Shown here piece by piece: positions 9,495-18,163 of a DNA stretch of 64,000 bases. The translations under genes were made by a program, and so were the position numbers. Each line of letters begins with the position of its first letter. The stretch's first letter is position 1. The notes under the pieces were generated by a model. That model was given only the letters and a program-made list of their open reading frames with translations, did not search any database and was not told the origin of the DNA. The DNA comes from a virus: the IMG/VR virus record IMGVR_UViG_3300050158_000056, positions 1-64,000 of that record; one strand, 5' to 3'.

Positions 9495-9980
9495 TTAATT
9501 GGACTGTCCTGTGAACACACGTTTCCAGAACCCACCACGAGTAGACTCGCCTTTGTGATACTTAGCGATAGCCGACTTTAGATAGTCATTGACCTCGGCC
9601 AGTTTGAGGATCGACAGCGTCGCTGCATCACCATTGCTGCGGATAGGTTCGACCATACGAGTAGAGACTTCAAACATCTCACCGCGGAAATCATATCCTT
9701 GAGGTACTTCGAATTGATAGGTCTTGACCAGATTGAGCATGACCGACTTGAGGTATGTGGAATTGGCCACTACATCTTGGATCAGAGCGATATCGTCTGG
9801 ATGTAGGAGTAGCGTGTGACGCTGATTATATTTTTGAAGAAATACAGTCATCAGAGTGAGATCATTCGAATGATATTCGAAATGCTCTTCGAACGCTACT
9901 GCATCTGGAGTCTTGAAACCATAAATGGAACTATCGTTGTTACGTTGCATCATGTTAATAGACCTTTCTAGTGGGGACAT
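9495..9980 (-). CDS. hypothetical protein
   Basis: 161-aa ORF in operon; real start may be near 9953. Confidence 0.6.
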   Translation of the reverse strand: MSPLERSINMMQRNNDSSIYGFKTPDAVAFEEHFEYHSNDLTLMTVFLQKYNQRHTLLLHPDDIALIQDVVANSTYLKSVMLNLVKTYQFEVPQGYDFRGEMFEVSTRMVEPIRSNGDAATLSILKLAEVNDYLKSAIAKYHKGESTRGGFWKRVFTGQSN

Positions 9981-10924
9981 TCCATTGACTTTGGAGAGTA
10001 GTTAAATAGATATTCACAAAACGAGATAGCGCTCTCCAGTGTATCAGCGATGCACATATGACCAGAGTGGTGTATGTAGTGGATACCTTCTACACCAGTT
10101 TTCTCATATATCACATCAGTACGAGTACCCAACAGAGTACTCGGTATGTTAGTCTTATATCGCGTAAAGCCGGTACCTCGGATAGGATTAATTATGTATC
10201 GATAAGTTGTGTCATCTACATACTCCTGTACTGGATGGATCACGAAGTGTGCTGTATCTAGATCTCCAAAACTACCATGAGGTATAGTAGTCGGGGAGAT
10301 CATGATTCTATCGTCATGAGTGAATTGTTTTGCTGTATAATAATACTTAGCTTTAGCTATGATAGACTCAGCTGCATGAAAACATGCTCTTTCTAATAAA
10401 TTAGAAATAAGAGCGACTGTCTCATTAAACTTCCTATCGCACACCACTTTCGTATTCTCAGAAGAGATAGGGCGCATATTGGCTACTAACTCTGAGATTA
10501 CAGTAGGACCAGCTATATCACCATTGTCCACTAAGTCGATAGGATGTATCCATCGGTTCTTGATGACACTTGCTACTTCCTCTAGGAGGTGAATGGTTTC
10601 ATTACCCTCTTTAAAAGTAGTAGGTATGTTAATGGCCGTTAAGTACGCTCGATAATAATGACGCCATATAAGGCCAGCACTACTCAGTCGGTGTCCGTCA
10701 TCATCTCTAGGAGTATCAGCCATATGGTGATCATAACGTCTGGTGGTGTGATCATACACATCTCCCACATCGACTACGAAATCAGCTGTATCTAGTATAG
10801 CTTTATCCCGACTACGTATAATCTCATGATTCTTGAAGATAGTGGTCAGGATTGACACAGCTACGATTTCATCTTCGTGCCAGCGGCCAGAATGACTTGC
10901 TATTTTTATTAAAGGGATATTCAT
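9968..10924 (-). CDS. MYG1-family DHH exonuclease
   Basis: HSGRWHEDE, RSRD, VVDVGDVYD, YDHH, LSSAGLIW, YIHHSG motifs. Confidence 0.88.
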   Translation of the reverse strand: MNIPLIKIASHSGRWHEDEIVAVSILTTIFKNHEIIRSRDKAILDTADFVVDVGDVYDHTTRRYDHHMADTPRDDDGHRLSSAGLIWRHYYRAYLTAINIPTTFKEGNETIHLLEEVASVIKNRWIHPIDLVDNGDIAGPTVISELVANMRPISSENTKVVCDRKFNETVALISNLLERACFHAAESIIAKAKYYYTAKQFTHDDRIMISPTTIPHGSFGDLDTAHFVIHPVQEYVDDTTYRYIINPIRGTGFTRYKTNIPSTLLGTRTDVIYEKTGVEGIHYIHHSGHMCIADTLESAISFCEYLFNYSPKSMECPH

Positions 10925-10955
10925 GATTATGTTCCAATTACTCTACTACATATCA

Positions 10956-10981
10956 GTAATATAGGGACATCTCATCTTTGA
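10956..10981 (-). promoter_or_regulatory. early promoter TCA-N14-CTATATTAC
   Basis: minus strand TCAaagatgagatgtccCTATATTAC. Confidence 0.8.
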
Positions 10982-11131
10982 AATTGGTTAGTATGGAACA
11001 GTGACTTTTTCTACCATGTCATGATGGGTTGTATTATAAAAATTAAGTATCATCCCCATTTAAAAATATATAGATTATCATGTGAGAGTACTTGTTCTTT
11101 AACCGTTTATTTTTGTACCGGAGAGTCTACT

Positions 11132-11422
11132 ATGTTTCATGTATCATTGTCACTTGGGTTTATGATTTTCCTAGCATTAATTGTTGTATGGATGATAGGT
11201 CTTCCTCATTGTAAACAGGCTTTCCTTATAGCTAAAGCTAGTACTGAAGACGATGTGGAAAAGCTAGCTCGATATCTAGCTAGTAAAGCCTGTAAAGAAA
11301 AGACATGTGTGGAATCTGTATGGCAGATGTTTATCCCAGCAGCACATAAACTCGTGGATGACTATAATACCAAGCGACGTGATATCCTGGACATCCAGCA
11401 TAATCTATTTACACAGCACTGA
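11132..11422 (+). CDS. small membrane protein
   Basis: GGAG RBS, N-terminal TM helix. Confidence 0.55.
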   Translation: MFHVSLSLGFMIFLALIVVWMIGLPHCKQAFLIAKASTEDDVEKLARYLASKACKEKTCVESVWQMFIPAAHKLVDDYNTKRRDILDIQHNLFTQH

Positions 11423-11427
11423 TGGTT

Positions 11428-11461
11428 ATATGTAGAGACCCCATCTGGGGTCTCTACATAT
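11428..11461. terminator. hairpin between convergent genes
   Basis: ATATGTAGAGACCCCA-tc-TGGGGTCTCTACATAT. Confidence 0.75.
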
Positions 11462-11468
11462 GCAAATA

Positions 11469-12176
11469 TTACGATACAATTTTACCCATGGTAATACCAG
11501 TTTGATCCATATATTTACCACCTCTGGTACTATATGGAGTCTCACATTTATCACTGCCTTTTAAGAAGACAAATTGGGCAATCCCTTCGTTTGTATATAC
11601 TCTAGTGGGAATAGACGAATTGTTAGTGACTTCCACCACCAATTGTCCGCGCCACCCTGGCTCCATCGGTGTTACCAAAACATGGATAGACGACCGGGCG
11701 TATGTGGATTTCCCCAGACATAGAGCTATTACGTCATCTGGGATATCAAAGAACTCGTTGGTATATCCCAATGCAAATCCATGTGGAGGTAGGATGAAAC
11801 TATCTCCTTCTACTTCATAGAAAAAATCAGGGTTTGGATTCTTGGGATCCAGTACAACACTATCTGATTTTTCGAACTCATCTACTTTTTTGAGCCATTC
11901 TTTCGCCTGCGTATCGTCGAATAGATCGATCGAATTTTCTACGCGATATTTTGCACTGAACTCGTCGACAATTGTCTGGGGGTCCTTGGCGATCTTTATT
12001 TTAGGAGCCAATGTCGCGTCATAGCCATACGACGATAGTCCATATGAAATGACTCCATGTTCTTTTAGCTTTTCGTTAAATGGAGTGATCATAGGTCTAT
12101 CCGATTGTAAACATAAGTCTCTGATTTGATGATCAGCTAGTACACCGGGTAGAAAAGCGTTATTATTAATAGTCAT
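11469..12176 (-). CDS. dcd: dCTP deaminase
   Basis: ISYGLSSYGYD, GKSTYAR, TPMEPGWRG, NEGIAQ, YSTRGGKYMDQ. Confidence 0.93.
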   Translation of the reverse strand: MTINNNAFLPGVLADHQIRDLCLQSDRPMITPFNEKLKEHGVISYGLSSYGYDATLAPKIKIAKDPQTIVDEFSAKYRVENSIDLFDDTQAKEWLKKVDEFEKSDSVVLDPKNPNPDFFYEVEGDSFILPPHGFALGYTNEFFDIPDDVIALCLGKSTYARSSIHVLVTPMEPGWRGQLVVEVTNNSSIPTRVYTNEGIAQFVFLKGSDKCETPYSTRGGKYMDQTGITMGKIVS

Positions 12177-12284
12177 ATATGACTCCTTTTATCTAGTAGA
12201 TTACTATATATTAATGGGGTTAGTAGCGATAATATTGATCAGACCCTTAGGGTAGTCCCCTATTTACCAAAAGGACTTATTTCT

Positions 12285-13700
12285 ATGACCACAGGTATCA
12301 ACGTCGAAGGCTTTGTCATAGACTCAGCTTTTGTCGATCAGTCTAAAGCTATCAATGGTATCTTAGTGGACGATAGTGTCAATGTAGCATCGCTTACTCA
12401 AAAAGCACTGAAGTACTTTAATGTACCAGAAGTATTTGCTGACACCAGACTCCCTAACACGCGTGATGTAAATTGGGTGGCTACCACTAATCCCAAAATA
12501 GTAGTAGACCAGACTAGCTTCGGTGATTTCATCACTACAGTCAATGCATTAGGTACTCCCATTACCCAAGGTCTTTTTAAGATCGTGGATAAACTAATCT
12601 TTAAATATAATTCAGCTGTATCTCACGCTACGCTAGAAACCTTTCTTACAACGGATGTCGCTACATCTGGTATTTATATACCAGGTACTTTTCAAGTAGC
12701 TACCAGGATACTGACTGATACGGTATATCTATCTCCTGGTATTACCAGCAGTGTACAAGTACCTGTGTTTGTAAGATTTTCAATCGTCGTACCTAGTGGT
12801 TCTACCACTAAACAATATGACCTTACTTTATTTGTAGCGGCTGATGAGTTTATTACTGGATACAGTGAATCTACTATCGTAGCTGTAGTACCCCCACTGT
12901 CCTATAACACTATCTACAGTGCATCATTGGTCGCAGCAGTAGACAATGTGTTTGCAACTGGTGTGATGTCTGCTAACCTCTCTTATAACACGTCTCATGT
13001 GGTGCTAGGTAACACTACTGTTTCTGGTATGGTGGAATACAATGTTATCCTAACCGATGCTAGTACTAACACTGTGGCTATACCTTTTAACATTTTGTAT
13101 AAGGGTAGGAGTCCATCTGGTATCGAGATAAGGACGGCTGTACGCAATGCTGTCCTAGCTAGTGGGATCGGAGATCAGACTGGATGGAAATCTCGTATCC
13201 CTGGTCTGTTTGTATTAGGTAGGTTTTATATCATCCCACTGTGGGATAAGACCTATACTAAACCCGATCAAGTACTCTTCCCCAATATCACTAAGTTCTC
13301 AGACATGAATTCCAAGACTAATGAGATACTACAATCATTGGCATATGGCGATGTCAGTAGCTATATCGATGTATTTTCAGCATATTACAATAAGATGCTG
13401 TTAACAGCTGTACCAGATATGTCAGGTGCACTGAGTGTATATCATCTATCTCAGATTATACCTGATTATCAAGACTTCTCACCTACTGAAGATAACTATT
13501 CATACATGAATACGGTCACTAAGAATTTCTCATCGGCGGTGAATACTATTCTTGCGCTTGAGACTAATAATCAGACATCGACTTCGTATTACACGACTAC
13601 TGAAAACCTACTCACGTTTTACTCATTTACTGTGGGTGAGTATGAGATGTGTGTTATCACGAAACTTTGCTATGACACTATCATGGAGAGTGTGGTATGA
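12285..13700 (+). CDS. putative virion structural protein
   Basis: T/S/V-rich 471 aa; WKSRIPGLF..FYIIPLW pattern recalled from phiKZ-like virion proteins; first of a + strand operon. Confidence 0.6.
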   Translation: MTTGINVEGFVIDSAFVDQSKAINGILVDDSVNVASLTQKALKYFNVPEVFADTRLPNTRDVNWVATTNPKIVVDQTSFGDFITTVNALGTPITQGLFKIVDKLIFKYNSAVSHATLETFLTTDVATSGIYIPGTFQVATRILTDTVYLSPGITSSVQVPVFVRFSIVVPSGSTTKQYDLTLFVAADEFITGYSESTIVAVVPPLSYNTIYSASLVAAVDNVFATGVMSANLSYNTSHVVLGNTTVSGMVEYNVILTDASTNTVAIPFNILYKGRSPSGIEIRTAVRNAVLASGIGDQTGWKSRIPGLFVLGRFYIIPLWDKTYTKPDQVLFPNITKFSDMNSKTNEILQSLAYGDVSSYIDVFSAYYNKMLLTAVPDMSGALSVYHLSQIIPDYQDFSPTEDNYSYMNTVTKNFSSAVNTILALETNNQTSTSYYTTTENLLTFYSFTVGEYEMCVITKLCYDTIMESVV

Positions 13701-14311
13701 TAGTACCGAGTGTAGGTACCACATGCGCATTTGTATTCACATCTAGGTTCACTATACTCGATGGAGTTTATAAGGTCAGAGCTGAAGTCACTTTTACCAA
13801 TGCTATTTCCTCTGGTGTGGATTTTGTAGAAAATCTATACACTCCTGTAGGATTGAGTAGTGGTGACTTTAGTACTGACTATGCGTCATATACCAAAGAT
13901 CGTGTGTTAGTATTAGAAGCCGTGGCTGATAGTACTAAAGTGTTTTACATCCCAGAATCTCTATTTGCTAAAGTACCAGATCCTACTATTAAAGAATACT
14001 ATTCTTTAATCATGGTAGTCAATCTAGGAGTGCATAAAAACACTCAAGTAGTGATCCCGCTTATAGATTCCATAAAAGATACCGTGCAAGCTTCGCTGGG
14101 TGTAACTGACCCAGTTTATGTCGCTACTAATCCTGATAACAAGGTGTATCTCACAGATACTCAGTATCAAGCACTAGTAGTAGCAAGAGAGGCTAATGTA
14201 CAACAACTAGTACCATTGAGCGTACAGCTCAAACAAGAGCAGGATAGAAATACCATACTAGCTACTAAGGTGGCTTACTATGAGAATCTTATCGCTCAAT
14301 CACATGCTTAG
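13697..14311 (+). CDS. putative virion-associated protein
   Basis: ATGA overlap; YIPES motif, C-terminal coiled coil. Confidence 0.55.
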   Translation: MIVPSVGTTCAFVFTSRFTILDGVYKVRAEVTFTNAISSGVDFVENLYTPVGLSSGDFSTDYASYTKDRVLVLEAVADSTKVFYIPESLFAKVPDPTIKEYYSLIMVVNLGVHKNTQVVIPLIDSIKDTVQASLGVTDPVYVATNPDNKVYLTDTQYQALVVAREANVQQLVPLSVQLKQEQDRNTILATKVAYYENLIAQSHA

Positions 14312-14350
14312 TGATATCTCACTTATCGTTAAGCGGAAAGGATCCGTCAC

Positions 14351-16282
14351 ATGACGTCATATTCTATTCCTGACGTGACAGGTGTGAACCCTGATTACTT
14401 ACAGGTCAATATCGGTTTTTATGTATATCAAGCAGGGGTGAAAATATCATTTGTTAATTCTCCTGTGTTTGCTGAATCCTTAGTAATTAAATTAACTGAC
14501 AAAAGTGGTATCACATTAGACAGAGATATCGATTGGACAGTCAATACTGACGATATCGACCAGATGGCTATGTCTCAAGCTCATCTAAGTGATACTAACT
14601 TTACAAAAACACTCGTGAAGTCCATTACGCTCATCTCGAATAAGGCACTGCATAAAGCAGTCGCTATGACCTACCAGGAGTTCTATCTAACTGCGCCTGG
14701 TAGAACATTCGATGATGGACGACCTATTGAGTTCTCACCAGACATACTCAAACAGCTCATGAGTGGTCTTAGCGAAGTACGTCAACAACTAGCTGGAGTC
14801 ACATCACCAGTCGCTACAACACTAGGAGCTCCAGCTCTACTACCACTTGATATCAATAAACAACTAATTGGTAATGTTATCACCAATGAAGTCACCACGG
14901 TGAACACGGTGGTTGGAGCTAAAGTAATTCGCCCACTACAAGGGGCATACTTTGCTGACTCACTAGTGCTGACACATGCTGGTACTACTCTCCAACCCAC
15001 CACTGATTATATCCCTATAGTCACATCACCGATGACTAAACAATCCACTAATACTAGTGGTATTTATCAGTTCATCTTACTGGTAGGATCGTTCACAGGG
15101 GATATCACATATACGTATCATGCCCTAGGTGGTGAAGTACAACAAGAAGATATTAAGTCAGTATATCAGTCTATAGCTGCTGTACAGACATATCTTACTG
15201 ATGGTGCTTTTATCACAGCTGATACGATTACCACGACACCATCATTTAGAGCTTTTAATGCTCGCCTAAATGCACTGGAGACTAACATGCGTACTTTACT
15301 AAGTGGAGCTCCTACATACGGAGATGCTACTGCTGGTATTACTACTACTCGAGCGATAGCTGCTAGCGACTCTAACTTCCACTGGTACAATATCGCTAAG
15401 CTCTATCAGGTCACTGGATCGACTGATATCGTCACAGCGGATCAGTTCAAGGGTCGTGTATATCTACCTGGTTCTAAGGTAGCCATTACGTTTACTGTGG
15501 ACTTTAATTTGTTTCAGACTCGTAATACAGCATCCTTTAAGACTGAGTCATTGGTATTCGATCCTCTTTACACCCTATTCACTGACATCTCAGTTAGTGC
15601 TCCTGTGTACCCACAACTTCGTGTTGTTTGGAACAACGTAGGTGGTGTATTCTCTGGGGCACTACTCCAGTTCGGTATCCCATTGACCGCATTGAGTGAT
15701 CAGATGGTAGTCGAAGATATGTCGACTACTGAATCATGTTGGGTACTAGATCGCACCAATGAGATTGTCACTGGTGTCACTCCAGTTAACAACAGCCCCA
15801 AGGACAGTGGTTTCCTATTGCCCGATACTACATCGACGTGGTCATCAGCTGGCGGAAATTCGTATTCCAATACGTATACGCCTCCTTACGATGAGGGCTA
15901 TTTGGTATATGCGGGTTCCTCTGTGACTCTCAACAACATCAACACATCAGCTTCCACCACTGGTTTGTTTACGAGTGTATTGCCTAGCTACATTCAAGTG
16001 AGTAAGGTTAAACAGATCATCGTGACGCTGACCTCGGCTAATGGTAATATCATTTACGATACTGTCGTCCCGATGACGCGGGCTAGCGGTAGCGTGCGTA
16101 CTGGTGCTGCTATCTCGACTGCATCCAATGGTTATATCGCTGAGATGTCAGCTACGCTCACACAGGTGGTAGGAGGTAACTCCACGGTATCTCTTAATCT
16201 GGTGGACACTTCTATCTCACTACTGACGAGTCTCTCGACTAACATGACTGATATCATTCGGTATATTCGAGTAAAGGTGTAA
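14351..16282 (+). CDS. putative virion structural (tail/baseplate) protein
   Basis: PDVTGVNPD, GAYFADSL, YHALGG motifs as in phiKZ-like structural proteins; T/S-rich. Confidence 0.6.
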   Translation: MTSYSIPDVTGVNPDYLQVNIGFYVYQAGVKISFVNSPVFAESLVIKLTDKSGITLDRDIDWTVNTDDIDQMAMSQAHLSDTNFTKTLVKSITLISNKALHKAVAMTYQEFYLTAPGRTFDDGRPIEFSPDILKQLMSGLSEVRQQLAGVTSPVATTLGAPALLPLDINKQLIGNVITNEVTTVNTVVGAKVIRPLQGAYFADSLVLTHAGTTLQPTTDYIPIVTSPMTKQSTNTSGIYQFILLVGSFTGDITYTYHALGGEVQQEDIKSVYQSIAAVQTYLTDGAFITADTITTTPSFRAFNARLNALETNMRTLLSGAPTYGDATAGITTTRAIAASDSNFHWYNIAKLYQVTGSTDIVTADQFKGRVYLPGSKVAITFTVDFNLFQTRNTASFKTESLVFDPLYTLFTDISVSAPVYPQLRVVWNNVGGVFSGALLQFGIPLTALSDQMVVEDMSTTESCWVLDRTNEIVTGVTPVNNSPKDSGFLLPDTTSTWSSAGGNSYSNTYTPPYDEGYLVYAGSSVTLNNINTSASTTGLFTSVLPSYIQVSKVKQIIVTLTSANGNIIYDTVVPMTRASGSVRTGAAISTASNGYIAEMSATLTQVVGGNSTVSLNLVDTSISLLTSLSTNMTDIIRYIRVKV

Positions 16283-16286
16283 GCTC

Positions 16287-16499
16287 ATGATCTTTGCTCA
16301 CATTGGATCTACCACTATTAGAAATGTGATCGGATTTGAATGTGGGACTAGAGCTTTGTTCGATAAGCTCCATGGGGGTGATCCTCTCTGGTTATTTATC
16401 GATCAACCTAACGCCCGTAATCGATCCGATCTACCTGGGTTCTTACAGCACCCTACTAACTATCGAGTAGACAAGAACAACAATCTTCGATTGATATAA
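16287..16499 (+). CDS. hypothetical protein
   Basis: follows previous ORF, ends before terminator. Confidence 0.5.
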   Translation: MIFAHIGSTTIRNVIGFECGTRALFDKLHGGDPLWLFIDQPNARNRSDLPGFLQHPTNYRVDKNNNLRLI

Positions 16500-16512
16500 A
16501 AAATAAACCATG

Positions 16513-16539
16513 TGAGAGAGGGGCAATGCCCCTCTCTCA
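16513..16539. terminator. hairpin between convergent genes
   Basis: TGAGAGAGGGGCA-a-TGCCCCTCTCTCA. Confidence 0.75.
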
Positions 16540-17568
16540 TCATGTCGTCATCGTAAAGCATTGATTAGCGACTTCACCACCACAGTAGTTTAGGCATATG
16601 TCATATAGCTCATGTTTTCTAGAAACGACTTCTCGGTTGATACTAGCAGCTTCTAGATAATGTATACCTAGCTCTCTAGTCATCTCCGCTGGATTATTGA
16701 GCATATAGAAGTATGGTAAGAGTGGTTCGCATGGATAGTCCATACATAACTCATAGGTGAATAAAGCTTCTATAATTTCACGAGAGAGTGCTTCTATACC
16801 TAGACACCACATGAATTCTTTAATCAAATGGTTCTGTCTTCTAGAAGTATTGTCTCTACGTTCTTTTAACTCTTTCATATCGTCATAAAAACGACCTATG
16901 TTTCTAAACATGAATGAGTTTGAATTGTACAAAGTAGGAGTACCATCTATCAGTGATGCAAACTCACTTTCGATGAGAAATGTACTGATGTCTATATAGG
17001 ATTGATTATTAGGATGGAGTAGGATAGACTCTAAGTCTTTATCTTTGTATCCCCAGAATCTACCATCTGTTATCATATTAAACGGTCTATCCATATCTGG
17101 GTTTTCCGCCATGACCATATAAGGATCCACATCAGGTCCTATGTAGTTTACTATGTCCTCATTGAACTCAGATGATAATAGACTGGTTTCAGCCAGTCTT
17201 TTAAACCTACTAGCCAATGTCAGTCCACATTGTTGATTGGTACAATACACATCCATCCCATCAGTCACTAATGGTTGGAAGCATTTGCATATAGTTTCTC
17301 GAGTGTGTAAATTACTTTCTGAAATGATATCAGAAAATTCACCCACCACCAGAAGATCCCTGGAGTAGTTTGTAAGATCTACTGCTACGACATCTTCTGG
17401 TGATACAGTGGTTAAAAATAACTTTTGGTCAGGAAACATATATCTATTACTCATATCGAACAGACTCTTAACGAGCTCATCCTGTTCTAGTGAGGTCACA
17501 GATATATGTTTCTTCCCTGATACTGAATTAGTATCATAGACATCTCGTACGGTGATAGTATTCAACAT
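16540..17568 (-). CDS. NAD-dependent DNA ligase C-terminal-like protein (OB/Zn-finger/HhH, no adenylation domain)
   Basis: ITVRDVYDTNSVSG (OB start-like), CKC..VYCTNQQC (Zn finger), FMWCLGIEALSREIIEAL (HhH); no KxDG. Confidence 0.5.
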   Translation of the reverse strand: MLNTITVRDVYDTNSVSGKKHISVTSLEQDELVKSLFDMSNRYMFPDQKLFLTTVSPEDVVAVDLTNYSRDLLVVGEFSDIISESNLHTRETICKCFQPLVTDGMDVYCTNQQCGLTLASRFKRLAETSLLSSEFNEDIVNYIGPDVDPYMVMAENPDMDRPFNMITDGRFWGYKDKDLESILLHPNNQSYIDISTFLIESEFASLIDGTPTLYNSNSFMFRNIGRFYDDMKELKERRDNTSRRQNHLIKEFMWCLGIEALSREIIEALFTYELCMDYPCEPLLPYFYMLNNPAEMTRELGIHYLEAASINREVVSRKHELYDICLNYCGGEVANQCFTMTT

Positions 17569-17572
17569 ATGG

Positions 17573-18163
17573 TCACCCCTTATAGGAGATAAACTCCACG
17601 AGATCGAAAAGATTATAGAAGTTATCAGCAGCCTTCATCAATGAATCAGACATACCTTTTGTCTTAGGATTATGGATCCCTAATACAGATACCTTCATAT
17701 CAGCGATAGATTTAAGAGTGTTTACTAGAGGCACAAAGTCTTCATCGCATGTACCTAGTATTACGTGGTTGATAGTGTTCGGTAGAGATAGTGCTCCGAT
17801 AGTGATCTCTATGTCCATATTACCTTTTACGACTGGATTACCTTCATGGTTAATATACCGATTTAAATCTTTGGTGTATACCTGATACTGACGTTTAGTC
17901 ATGTAGGATAACCAGTCGCTTACAGATGGATCATTGCGATCGACGGCTGAATAAGCTATCATCTTCTTCACGTCACATCTGCTACCGAATATAGTCTTTA
18001 GTTTACCATAGTCTATACGAAAACCATTGTTCTTAGCTCGTTTGTAAAGATTGTTAATGTCTAAGATTAAAGCAGTAGCTTGTATAGATACTAGACCAGG
18101 TAGTTTATCGTTAATGATGAGTTCATTGACTACATCTTTGATAGGATGATTCTCATTACTCAT
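17573..18163 (-). CDS. NYN/LabA (PIN-like) domain protein
   Basis: LILDINNL, KGNMDIEI, ILGTCDEDFVPLV, SDSLMKAADNF. Confidence 0.85.
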   Translation of the reverse strand: MSNENHPIKDVVNELIINDKLPGLVSIQATALILDINNLYKRAKNNGFRIDYGKLKTIFGSRCDVKKMIAYSAVDRNDPSVSDWLSYMTKRQYQVYTKDLNRYINHEGNPVVKGNMDIEITIGALSLPNTINHVILGTCDEDFVPLVNTLKSIADMKVSVLGIHNPKTKGMSDSLMKAADNFYNLFDLVEFISYKG

